In this document: one piece after another, positions 39,592 through 47,457 of the stretch
How positions within the stretch are numbered: position 1 is the first letter of the stretch
Layout of the letters: each line of letters starts with the position of its first letter
Source of the DNA: a virus
Virus record (IMG/VR): IMGVR_UViG_3300036770_003984
Span: 32,001 to 96,000 of that record
Direction: 5' to 3' (one strand)
DNA: 64,000 nt
Program-made: the position numbers and the translations under genes
The notes under the pieces: model-generated
Databases searched by the model: none
Told to the model about the DNA's origin: nothing
Seen by the model: only the letters and a program-made list of their open reading frames with translations

Positions 39592-39637
39592 CGATTTGAT
39601 TTTCTTAATTCCAAATCTTTTTTAAACTTTTTTTTTG

Positions 39638-39730
39638 TAGTCAGGATAGGATTCGAACCTATAACAGATTTGGTACTAATTTAATAGTTTGTAAAACCTC
39701 CCCCGTTTTCACCAGTTAAACTACCTAACT
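39638..39730 (-). ncRNA. tRNA-like RNA D (93 nt), no canonical anticodon arm
   Basis: AGTTAGG/CCTGACT-A, D arm GTTT/AAAC, T arm ATAGG/CCTAT. Confidence 0.6.
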
Positions 39731-39841
39731 ATAATTTAAACCTTTTTACCTTTCATTTAGTTCCAAGAACTAAAACTTTTTTTTAATAATCGGGCTACCC
39801 TCCTTTCGTCACAATCGCCCGACCATTGTGATTTCAGATTG

Positions 39842-39918
39842 TAGTCCTGACAGGATTCGAACCTGTAAACTTCCCCTTCACTTAAGGAGGGGTCACGTGT
39901 GCCTTCCGCCACAAGACT
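39842..39918 (-). ncRNA. tRNA-scaffold RNA E (77 nt), 10-nt anticodon loop
   Basis: Same acceptor/T arm as the family; CCCCT-CCTTAAGTGA-AGGGG. Confidence 0.65.
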
Positions 39919-40038
39919 ATTTAAAAATTTGAGGATGAGAAATCCTCTGTGTTGTAGTGTACGATTATGTTACTATTCCATAATTCAAGTAATGTCACTC
40001 ATCTTTATATTTCCTTTCTCAAGGGAACAACACATTTG

Positions 40039-40145
40039 TAGTCCTGACAGGAGTCGAACCTGTATGATGAGTAGTAATGTTATTTAAGTGACAAGGTACT
40101 TACTCATCTATTCACTTCTAGCGTCTTCCATTCCGCCACAAGACT
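40039..40145 (-). ncRNA. tRNA-scaffold RNA F (copy of C)
   Basis: Identical to 39468..39574. Confidence 0.75.
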
Positions 40146-40224
40146 ATTGTCTCACAAAATTACGATTTGTTTTTCTTAATTCCAAATCTTTTTTAAACTT
40201 TTTTTTTGTAGTCCCAACAAGATT

Positions 40225-40413
40225 CTAATGTAGAATCCATACAGAAGTTAATACACCTGCAATAACCATAACTAATGTTGCTATCCAACAAGTGTTTGAA
40301 ATCTTGTACCATAAATCACTTCTTTTAGTATCGCTATTCATAAGCGACCCAGTAACTCCAGCAACTATGATTGTGATAAGAAGTAGTGTAAAGTAAATTT
40401 TAAAATATATCAT
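40225..40413 (-). CDS. Small membrane protein
   Basis: Two TM helices; its stop runs into a tRNA 3' remnant at 40208-40226. Confidence 0.6.
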   Translation of the reverse strand: MIYFKIYFTLLLITIIVAGVTGSLMNSDTKRSDLWYKISNTCWIATLVMVIAGVLTSVWILH

Positions 40414-40429
40414 GTTTTTTATTTTTTTG

Positions 40430-40513
40430 TACCCAGGGCGGGACTCGAACCCGCACGACCTTACTGGTCACAAGATTTTAAGTCTTGCGTGGCTACCATT
40501 ACACCACCTAGGT
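40430..40513 (-). tRNA. tRNA-Leu(TAA)
   Basis: CAAGA-CT-TAA-AA-TCTTG; long variable arm. Confidence 0.9.
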
Positions 40514-40740
40514 AAATTTAAATACTTTTTTAATGTGGGGGAGTTGTATCCGTTAAATCATCCCATATTCTACCTAACCAAGAGTTTGGATATTTCTTAA
40601 CTACCCAATTACCAAAAAGTGTTAGAAGAATAAATAAAACTATAAACACAATCCAATTAATCATAATCTTTTTTAATTTAAGTTACATTATTATAAACCA
40701 ACCTTCATCTCATTTAGTTCCAACTTTTAAAACTTTTTTT

Positions 40741-40815
40741 TGGCGGTACCAAGGGGAATCGAACCCCTACCATAAGAGTGACAACCTTATATTCTTGCCG
40801 TTAAACTATGGTACC
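40741..40815 (-). tRNA. tRNA-Asp(GTC)
   Basis: G73; encoded CCA. Confidence 0.88.
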
Positions 40816-40862
40816 AAATATTTTTCCCTCAATTTCAATGAACATCACAAAAGTAGGTAATC

Positions 40863-41342
40863 TTATCCAATTTTCCAAGCTCCATAGATAGTTTTTTTTC
40901 TCTTTGTTGCATCATCTGGATTTCCAATCACCACCCCATCTTTAATTGTAAAAGCGTGACCTTTGACTGTGACTATGTAAGTTCCTTTGGGATAATCCTC
41001 CAAAAACTTTGCAGTTGTCATACTTCTCAAAGTGTTTACACCTTTAACCTTAATCCAATAAGAAAGGTTCACATCTTTACTTATTGTTTTAATTTTTTTT
41101 CTATTAACACTAATTCCTTTACTTTCCAAAGTCCTCATCACCAAACTAAAACAATAAGTTCCTTGTCCGTTTTTTCTTCCAAATATTTCAGCAACCTTTT
41201 TGTGAGCAAAATCATAAGTCACGTTGAAAGCTGAAGCAAAAGCTCTAACTACACAATCGTTTGTTTCAGACTTTGCAAGTCCTGAATCATTAATCCCTTT
41301 TATGGCGACCGAAGAGGATATGTATGGTGTTTGTTTTCTCAT
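40863..41342 (-). CDS. Hypothetical protein
   Basis: NDCVVRA...GHAF motifs (possible Cys-His dyad); own TAACTTTG promoter. Confidence 0.7.
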   Translation of the reverse strand: MRKQTPYISSSVAIKGINDSGLAKSETNDCVVRAFASAFNVTYDFAHKKVAEIFGRKNGQGTYCFSLVMRTLESKGISVNRKKIKTISKDVNLSYWIKVKGVNTLRSMTTAKFLEDYPKGTYIVTVKGHAFTIKDGVVIGNPDDATKRKKTIYGAWKIG

Positions 41343-41390
41343 ACCACAAAGTTACAAAACCATTTCTAATTCCCAAACTCTGTGACAAAA

Positions 41391-41423
41391 AAAAATCCAT
41401 CTTTTTTTTAGGAAGATGGATTT
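41391..41423 (-). terminator. Intrinsic terminator
   Basis: AAATCCATCT/AGATGGATTT followed by a U tract. Confidence 0.7.
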
Positions 41424-41450
41424 GATTTTATTAACAATTAAAACCTTATA

Positions 41451-41522
41451 TCATACCATCTCCATCCGAGGATTTCTACCCTCAGCTCCAGTCGTTAAGT
41501 CCATATAGAGATTGTGTTTCAT
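41451..41522 (-). CDS. Candidate leader peptide (23 aa)
   Basis: MKHNLYMDLTTGAEGRNPRMEMV*, directly upstream of the terminator. Confidence 0.4.
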   Translation of the reverse strand: MKHNLYMDLTTGAEGRNPRMEMV

Positions 41523-41583
41523 TTGTGAAGTTTTTACTATTTTTTTATTAAATATAACGATATAATACAAAAGGTCAAGTTAG

Positions 41584-41901
41584 TTACAAAAATTGTGAAA
41601 TAATTTGTGCTACTTTATATCCAGTGAATGCCCCCAATGCCGCTGAACCAGGTAAAACAATGAATTTACCAAAATTACTTTCATATTTTGCACGATTAAC
41701 AATATAAGATATTAAGATATAATATAAGAAAAAATTAATCAATACGGCAAGATCAATTTCTTTGGCCATAAACACAACAATTGAGTTACCAAAGAATCCC
41801 CAACTGAAGTTAATCAATGTTTCTCTTATTAATTCACTAACAGATGTCTTAGCATCGGCTACCTTAATTTCTTTTGTAAATATATTTTTTTTCTTTTTCA
41901 T
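41584..41901 (-). CDS. Hypothetical membrane protein
   Basis: Three hydrophobic segments. Confidence 0.65.
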   Translation of the reverse strand: MKKKKNIFTKEIKVADAKTSVSELIRETLINFSWGFFGNSIVVFMAKEIDLAVLINFFLYYILISYIVNRAKYESNFGKFIVLPGSAALGAFTGYKVAQIISQFL

Positions 41902-41903
41902 AA

Positions 41904-42143
41904 CTATTCTAAAATATCCCCAAATCCGTTTTCATCATTTATGTCTTTTATTTTTATTTTAGTACTCCATGACAATTTAAAATAATTAGTTTTTGATATT
42001 TCATCATATTGATTAAAACAAAATGCTGATAATGGGTACATACTTTCGATATCTATTTCATCAACAATAAGTTCAATAATTATTTTATCTCCTTTTTTAA
42101 TTGTTTCATCTTGCAATGCTTTTAATACGCCTATTGTTTTCAT
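41904..42143 (-). CDS. Hypothetical protein
   Basis: Ends DENGFGDILE, like the upstream gene. Confidence 0.55.
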   Translation of the reverse strand: MKTIGVLKALQDETIKKGDKIIIELIVDEIDIESMYPLSAFCFNQYDEISKTNYFKLSWSTKIKIKDINDENGFGDILE

Positions 42144-42158
42144 ATTATTATCTTTTTT

Positions 42159-42674
42159 TTATTCTAAAATATCACCAAATCCGTTCTCATCCAACCAATC
42201 TTTGTCATCATCAATTTCTTTTAATTCATATTCAAACGCGAATATATTACATACAACATCATCAGCACTTGAAAAAGTTTCGTGAATGAAATCAAAATCA
42301 TCTGGTTCTAATTGAAACTTTTCTTTGTTTAAACATTTGAATAATTCTTTTGATGTTTTAAAAACATTTGGAGTTGTATAAGTTTTTAATCTACCCTCCA
42401 TTTCCATATGTTCAAATTTCTTATAGAATTTATCATTAAACACCAAGATGTTTTCAGTTCCCCATTCATTTAGAACTTGCATTATAAATGTTTTTAATCC
42501 TTGAAAACAAGCTGTACGATAGTCATCAAATTGTTGTTGAACGGAGACATCTCCAAATTCAACTTCACTTGTTTCCTTTTCGTGTTCGGCAATTTTATCC
42601 AATGCCATTAGTTGGAGTTGTTCCCAAGTTGTATCATAGGGTTTATAGAAATTTACAATTACCATTGGTGTCAT
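42159..42674 (-). CDS. Hypothetical protein
   Basis: 171 aa. Confidence 0.7.
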   Translation of the reverse strand: MTPMVIVNFYKPYDTTWEQLQLMALDKIAEHEKETSEVEFGDVSVQQQFDDYRTACFQGLKTFIMQVLNEWGTENILVFNDKFYKKFEHMEMEGRLKTYTTPNVFKTSKELFKCLNKEKFQLEPDDFDFIHETFSSADDVVCNIFAFEYELKEIDDDKDWLDENGFGDILE

Positions 42675-42683
42675 ATTTAAAAA

Positions 42684-43325
42684 TTATTTATTTTCATTTG
42701 TATCATAAAACATATACTCAGAATCTTCGGTTGCCCACTTATCATAACCCTCACAATTATAATAATCCTTATTAACCAAATAATCAGGTCTCTCAGGGAA
42801 AGATTTTGTGACAAAGGATGGTTCTGACCATCTTATTCTATTATTCGGTTGTAGGGCAATCTGGCCATTATCTAGTAGTATTATATGATGTGACTTATGT
42901 TCCATTGGGTCTTCTGCCAAAGTAAAGTCACTATTCAAATCACTAGAACCCCAATTTATTGTTGCATAATAACTTCCATCATACCATTTCTTATCTTTCA
43001 TAAAGACTGAAACTCTGGTATCATAGACATAACTTAAATGATGTACCGAGAAATTATATGAAAAACAATTCCATATTTGAAGATAATGGAATGGTAAATC
43101 AACATCAGGTAATTTGGGTTCAGTTAATAATGCGTGAGATGGAAGTTTATCTCTCATAACACCATTATTAAATAATACTTGGAATAATGCCGCTTGTCCT
43201 GGTAAACATCTAACTGAGATTATAACACCCTCAGTAAATTCACCAAATCCCTTCTTATTTTGATATAGATATTCATTTCGAACATATACCTTTAATGGGA
43301 AAAAATTACCTTCAATATAAGCCAT
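42684..43325 (-). CDS. Hypothetical phage protein
   Basis: 213 aa; W/H/C-rich globular sequence. Confidence 0.75.
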   Translation of the reverse strand: MAYIEGNFFPLKVYVRNEYLYQNKKGFGEFTEGVIISVRCLPGQAALFQVLFNNGVMRDKLPSHALLTEPKLPDVDLPFHYLQIWNCFSYNFSVHHLSYVYDTRVSVFMKDKKWYDGSYYATINWGSSDLNSDFTLAEDPMEHKSHHIILLDNGQIALQPNNRIRWSEPSFVTKSFPERPDYLVNKDYYNCEGYDKWATEDSEYMFYDTNENK

Positions 43326-44663
43326 TTAAATTAATATTATTTTTTTAATAATTGTATTCTCATCAATATTAATCTTAACTATATAAATTCCTTTTGACAA
43401 TGAGGATAAATCAATTTGAGATGTCGGATTCTCAATAACAAATTCAACCCCAAGTTCATTAAATAGTGAAATTCTATTAATATTTTTGGTTGTTTTTATA
43501 TTCAATATATCTTTTGTTGGATTGGGATATATTAATATATCATCGTTAATTTTATTTGAGATATTAATAATATTACTATAAGTTATATCACCACTATATT
43601 CAACAATTTTAAGTCTATAATAATTTTCTGAGTAAGTCAAATCATCAATATAATTCATTGTTAAATCATAAGGATAAATCTCAGAAATGGGATACAAATC
43701 ATAACCATTTGAACTCTTCTCCAACTCAATATAATTGACCTCTGTGACATCATCAAGTGTCCATTGAAGATTGACATCATCGTTGATTTTTGTCCCCTTA
43801 AATTCAATTATACCAATTGGTAATATTGTCCCACAATCAACCAATGTTGTTGATGAACCAATATTAATTGGGTCTAATAAGTTTGAATAATTATAAGTCC
43901 CCATTCTTAATGAATTTATAAAATATCTATTGGCATCATTATTTGGTTGACCTGGAGTTTCATTTGTTGGGGTAACACCTCTACTGAAATTGACTTTTGC
44001 TCCAAAACTACCACTATTGAAAAAATAATTTCTTTGCAATCCACTCCCTGTTATAATATTAAAAGATGAACCACCAAATGGAAAAGTGGGAAATGGGGTT
44101 GACACATCACCATATGAAAATCCGTGAAAAAATGAACCATTTGGACTTCTAACTTGTGCGGCATCACCATCATTTCTAAATCCAACCCTATCCCAAATTC
44201 TTGTTGCGGCATAACTAACTGGAGTATACAATGGATTTGTTGTTGTTGGTAAATTTGATGTATTATCCAAACACAAATCACTTATTGGTAAAATATAAAC
44301 ACAATCACCATCAAAATCTAATGGGTCTGGAGTTATCCCAAAAGTGGGATTAACATCAGCGCTATTATAAATTAAAATAATTGACCCAGGTTTTACATTG
44401 GATAAACATCCTGGTTTAATTCTTATATGACCTTGAGCAGTACCAACCCCACTTAAAACACCTTCAAAATCTCCATTATTATCATCTATTATCCATCCAC
44501 CCAAGTCTACACTTATTGTAGGGTTTGAAGTCGAGCCAATAACAACTAACTCAAAATATTCTCTGTTTCCAGAATCACCATTTGATATTTCATTTATTAT
44601 AAGACCTTGGGAATAAATTAAAAAAGGTAAAAAGATTAGTAAAATTAAATAGAAAATTTTCAT
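43326..44663 (-). CDS. T9SS type-A CTD protein with lamin-tail-like domain
   Basis: Signal peptide; LIINEI N-domain; ILPI..I.FKG linker; IYPNPT....NI...IDLSSLSKGIYIVKI......KII. Confidence 0.85.
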   Translation of the reverse strand: MKIFYLILLIFLPFLIYSQGLIINEISNGDSGNREYFELVVIGSTSNPTISVDLGGWIIDDNNGDFEGVLSGVGTAQGHIRIKPGCLSNVKPGSIILIYNSADVNPTFGITPDPLDFDGDCVYILPISDLCLDNTSNLPTTTNPLYTPVSYAATRIWDRVGFRNDGDAAQVRSPNGSFFHGFSYGDVSTPFPTFPFGGSSFNIITGSGLQRNYFFNSGSFGAKVNFSRGVTPTNETPGQPNNDANRYFINSLRMGTYNYSNLLDPINIGSSTTLVDCGTILPIGIIEFKGTKINDDVNLQWTLDDVTEVNYIELEKSSNGYDLYPISEIYPYDLTMNYIDDLTYSENYYRLKIVEYSGDITYSNIINISNKINDDILIYPNPTKDILNIKTTKNINRISLFNELGVEFVIENPTSQIDLSSLSKGIYIVKINIDENTIIKKIILI

Positions 44664-44674
44664 AGTTTAAACGA

Positions 44675-44986
44675 TTATTCATTAATAGAGCTGTACTCTC
44701 TCAATAAATAGTCGGTAAAATCTTCCACACTTTCAACATTAACTTCAATTTCATCATACCAAATCTTTTTTTCAATATTTTCATACAACCACCAACCAAC
44801 TAAATCCTGTATCCATCCGTATTGTTCGTCTTTTTCTTTTCTGAGAATGGTCGGAATAGACTTCTCAAGCTGGGACGTGGTATTGTTAAAGTCAAGTAAA
44901 TCAACTCCCATATCATACAACTTGTGCACTTTTTCATCGTGTTCCTTGATTTTCTTTAATGTTTCGATTATGTAATCCCTTACCAT
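44675..44986 (-). CDS. Hypothetical protein
   Basis: 103 aa. Confidence 0.65.
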   Translation of the reverse strand: MVRDYIIETLKKIKEHDEKVHKLYDMGVDLLDFNNTTSQLEKSIPTILRKEKDEQYGWIQDLVGWWLYENIEKKIWYDEIEVNVESVEDFTDYLLREYSSINE

Positions 44987-45022
44987 AATAAATATTATTT
45001 AATTGTTAAATTTTTAAATTTG

Positions 45023-45097
45023 CGAGAACGATAGGACTTGAACCTATAACCTGTGGGTCTGGAATCCACTGCTCTAATCCAATTGAGCTACATTCCC
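45023..45097 (-). tRNA. tRNA-Trp(CCA)
   Basis: Loop TT-CCA-GA, G73; one mismatch in the anticodon stem. Confidence 0.82.
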
Positions 45098-45125
45098 ATA
45101 TGTTTTGTAAAGATAATAATAACTT

Positions 45126-45875
45126 TTAAATATTTCCGTATTTCTTATTCCAAATTTCAATATTTTCAAGTAGTTCGGATAATGTTAAAGACGATTTACC
45201 ATTTTTAGACGAATTATCCGAAAATAAAAGTAATTCACAATTTGCTGGATGAGATAAAATATTAGGGTCTATTTTATTTCTATAACCTTCCATCACTGAA
45301 TATTTATGGTCTTTTGTGACACCAACCAAATTATTTTTTTTATTTGTTGGGGAATACCATCCATATTGTTCAATTAAAATTAAATCAAATTCTTGTGGAT
45401 AATCCTTTACATTAAATTGAAAAGTACAAGAAGGTCTATAATATTGATAATACTCTAACCTACAATTAGTACAAACAATTTTGTACTTTTCAATAACTTT
45501 ATTATTACAAATCCTACAAGTTTTTATTTTTCCAACTTTAGGTTTAGTAGGGTTTGTCGGTTTAGTTGGTTTACTTTTTAATGTTTTTGAGATTTTATTT
45601 TTAGTTTCTTCACTATGTTTACGTTTTTTATTATTAAACGTTGTTGAACAAGATGAATTACAAAATAATTTGTTTTTACTTAAATAAGACTCAAATGTAT
45701 TTCCACAATTTTTACAAGTTTTATTTGTTGTATAAACTACTTGTAAACCTAATCTAAACATTTTGTTAGTTATCGTTTTATACGTAACTCCAAAAATTTC
45801 AGCAATCCTATTTGGTTTTAAACCTTGATTAACCAAATCAATTAATTTTTCAATATCGTTATCATTCCATTTCAT
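45126..45875 (-). CDS. Putative homing endonuclease (HTH + Zn finger + His-Me-like C-domain)
   Basis: HTH N-terminus, CKNC...CNSSC, C-terminal TKDHKYSV...HPANC...NSSK; sits between two tRNAs. Confidence 0.65.
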   Translation of the reverse strand: MKWNDNDIEKLIDLVNQGLKPNRIAEIFGVTYKTITNKMFRLGLQVVYTTNKTCKNCGNTFESYLSKNKLFCNSSCSTTFNNKKRKHSEETKNKISKTLKSKPTKPTNPTKPKVGKIKTCRICNNKVIEKYKIVCTNCRLEYYQYYRPSCTFQFNVKDYPQEFDLILIEQYGWYSPTNKKNNLVGVTKDHKYSVMEGYRNKIDPNILSHPANCELLLFSDNSSKNGKSSLTLSELLENIEIWNKKYGNI

Positions 45876-45927
45876 AAATATAAATATCAACAAAATGAGT
45901 AAAAATAACTAACTGAACTATTTTTTG

Positions 45928-46013
45928 AGGTCGGGGAGGGATTTGAACCCACGATGAATTTTTCATTCGATAGTTTTGCAGACTAGTGCCTTAACCAACT
46001 CGGCCACCCGACC
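45928..46013 (-). tRNA. tRNA-Cys(GCA) with long variable arm
   Basis: GGTCGGG/CCCGACC, U73, loop CT-GCA-AA, variable arm ATGAA-AAA-TTCAT. Confidence 0.78.
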
Positions 46014-46029
46014 CTATTGTTTCTTTTTT

Positions 46030-46238
46030 AATCCCCCAACTTCACCCCACTCGTCAGTGGGGGATTGGTTGAGTTAAGCTTCCTAACTTATACCTTGGGC
46101 TATTCGTTTACAAGCAACAAGACCACAGCAGTGAGCAGTTCTTATGGGATGCCTCGTGGTACTATTATAACATAAAGAACAATTACCTACTAGCACCTCA
46201 CACCGAAATTGTAGGCAGGCTCGGTCCCTTAATTGTTC
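46030..46238 (-). ncRNA. Candidate structured ncRNA
   Basis: GAACAATTA/TAATTGTTC domain with crossed helices, ACCAC/GTGGT domain, GC-rich 3' hairpin. Confidence 0.4.
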
Positions 46239-46244
46239 AAATCT

Positions 46245-46493
46245 TTATTTCACGATTGTTTGTATTTCAAAATTTTTGGAGTTTTTATCATTACTCTTGT
46301 GAGTCACAGAACCATTACAAGTTGTAAAATACTTGTACCCATTATCCCAAAATCGATATACTTTACACCCATCGACCTCAAATAGAAGTTCAACTCTATA
46401 ATTCACATTATCTGTTTTTAGTTCTTCTAAACCTTCTCTTTGACAACTAAGGAATAATACAGATACCAAACCAAGAAATAATATTTTTTTCAT
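46245..46493 (-). CDS. Lipoprotein (DUF4884-like)
   Basis: FLSC lipobox; LLFEVDGCKVYRF..NG..YFT.C. Confidence 0.65.
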   Translation of the reverse strand: MKKILFLGLVSVLFLSCQREGLEELKTDNVNYRVELLFEVDGCKVYRFWDNGYKYFTTCNGSVTHKSNDKNSKNFEIQTIVK

Positions 46494-46522
46494 TTTTTTT
46501 ATATTTTAAAAATCATTTAATG

Positions 46523-46607
46523 TGTCCTTACCTAGATTCGAACTAGGATTATACTTCTCGTCTCCACTTTGTAAGAGTGGGATGTTTAACCATTACACCA
46601 TAAGGAC
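46523..46607 (-). tRNA. tRNA-Val(TAC) with 16-nt variable region
   Basis: GTCCTTA/TAAGGAC-A, CCACT-CT-TAC-AA-AGTGG. Confidence 0.78.
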
Positions 46608-46809
46608 TATTTATAAAAGAATGATTGGGCTATACTGATAATTGTACTCCAATAGAACCGAGACCGCGTATCTTAGTTACCTTTCCTAGTTTACAGTCAA
46701 AGTCCTGAACTTTCGTTCCATTCTTAATTTTTATTTTCAGACCCATAATGTCAAAAAATATTTCTACTATTTTATAATAACACCTTTCGATAAGTGACTT
46801 ATTGTGTTG

Positions 46810-46884
46810 TGACCCTGGGGAGATTCGAACTCCCGCTCCCAATATTAAAAGTATTGTGCTTTAAACCAGCTAAGCTACAGGGTC
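46810..46884 (-). tRNA. tRNA-Lys(TTT)
   Basis: CAATA-CT-TTT-AA-TATTG. Confidence 0.88.
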
Positions 46885-46957
46885 ATTTTCTTGTTTCTTA
46901 ATGTAGTTGTTGTACTTATTTCTAAGCATTTCATAAAACTTGGATGAACTTGGTTTT

Positions 46958-47185
46958 CTAATTGTCCGTTTCATTTGTTATTTTTTTAAGTGAGTTACAT
47001 CTACATAACACATTGAAGTAATGAATTGGTTCCATATGGTAGTTATTTTTGTCATCCAAATAAATCACCACCTCCATATCCACAATTGCCCTAATTTCGA
47101 TGTGTTTATTGTTTGGATTATCTTCACTATAATCAATAAACAACTTATCACCAACCTTAAATTCACCAATTTTTACATTAACCAT
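46958..47185 (-). CDS. Hypothetical protein
   Basis: 75 aa. Confidence 0.55.
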   Translation of the reverse strand: MVNVKIGEFKVGDKLFIDYSEDNPNNKHIEIRAIVDMEVVIYLDDKNNYHMEPIHYFNVLCRCNSLKKITNETDN

Positions 47186-47201
47186 AATTTATTAAAATTT
47201 G

Positions 47202-47274
47202 CGTCCCAGGTAGGATTCGAACCTACGACAACTTGATTAACAGTCAAGGGCTACTACCACTGAGCTACTGAGAC
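47202..47274 (-). tRNA. tRNA-Asn(GTT)
   Basis: CTTGA-CT-GTT-AA-TCAAG, G73. Confidence 0.88.
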
Positions 47275-47282
47275 ATTTGTTG

Positions 47283-47359
47283 TCGGCAAGATAGGAATCG
47301 AACCTATATGTAACCAATTAACCTTTCTACCGTGTATCAGACGGAGGGTATACTTGCCG
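47283..47359 (-). tRNA. Rearranged tRNA-Ile(GAT)-like RNA
   Basis: 7-bp acceptor, A73, loop CT-GAT-AC, canonical T arm; no D arm 5' of the anticodon; D-loop-like AATTGGTTA lies 3' of it. Confidence 0.7.
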
Positions 47360-47372
47360 TATTATAATTCTG

Positions 47373-47449
47373 TAGGAAAGATGGGGTTCGAACCCATATG
47401 TTACCAGTTACCCTTTCTACGGCGTATAAGGCTGAGGGGATACTTTCCT
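47373..47449 (-). tRNA. Rearranged tRNA-Ile(TAT)-like RNA
   Basis: Paralog of 47283..47359 with compensatory changes; loop CT-TAT-AC. Confidence 0.7.
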
Positions 47450-47457
47450 AAATGTTG

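Larger units (their letters stand above)
39348..40213. repeat. Direct duplication of about 290 bp (39348-39642 and 39919-40213)
   Basis: Near-identical copies 571 bp apart, each carrying promoter, scaffold RNA and trailer. Confidence 0.9.

Noticed and set aside
39360-39835. HDV-like (theta) or hammerhead ribozymes at tRNA 3' ends
   Set aside because: The 39788 pseudoknot has no P3/L3; the 39360 trailer lacks a catalytic C in the J4/2 position; CTGAAAT does not match the hammerhead CUGANGA.
39842-39918. Ochre suppressor tRNA / alternative genetic code
   Set aside because: TTA sits in a 10-nt loop, not a 7-nt anticodon loop; long genes are intact in the standard code and end in TAA, TAG or TGA.
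38644-40600. Plus-strand ORFs 38644, 39085, 39899 and 40412; also 46630, 47021 and 49625
   Set aside because: They overlap tRNA or structured RNA genes and are open only because of locally higher GC.
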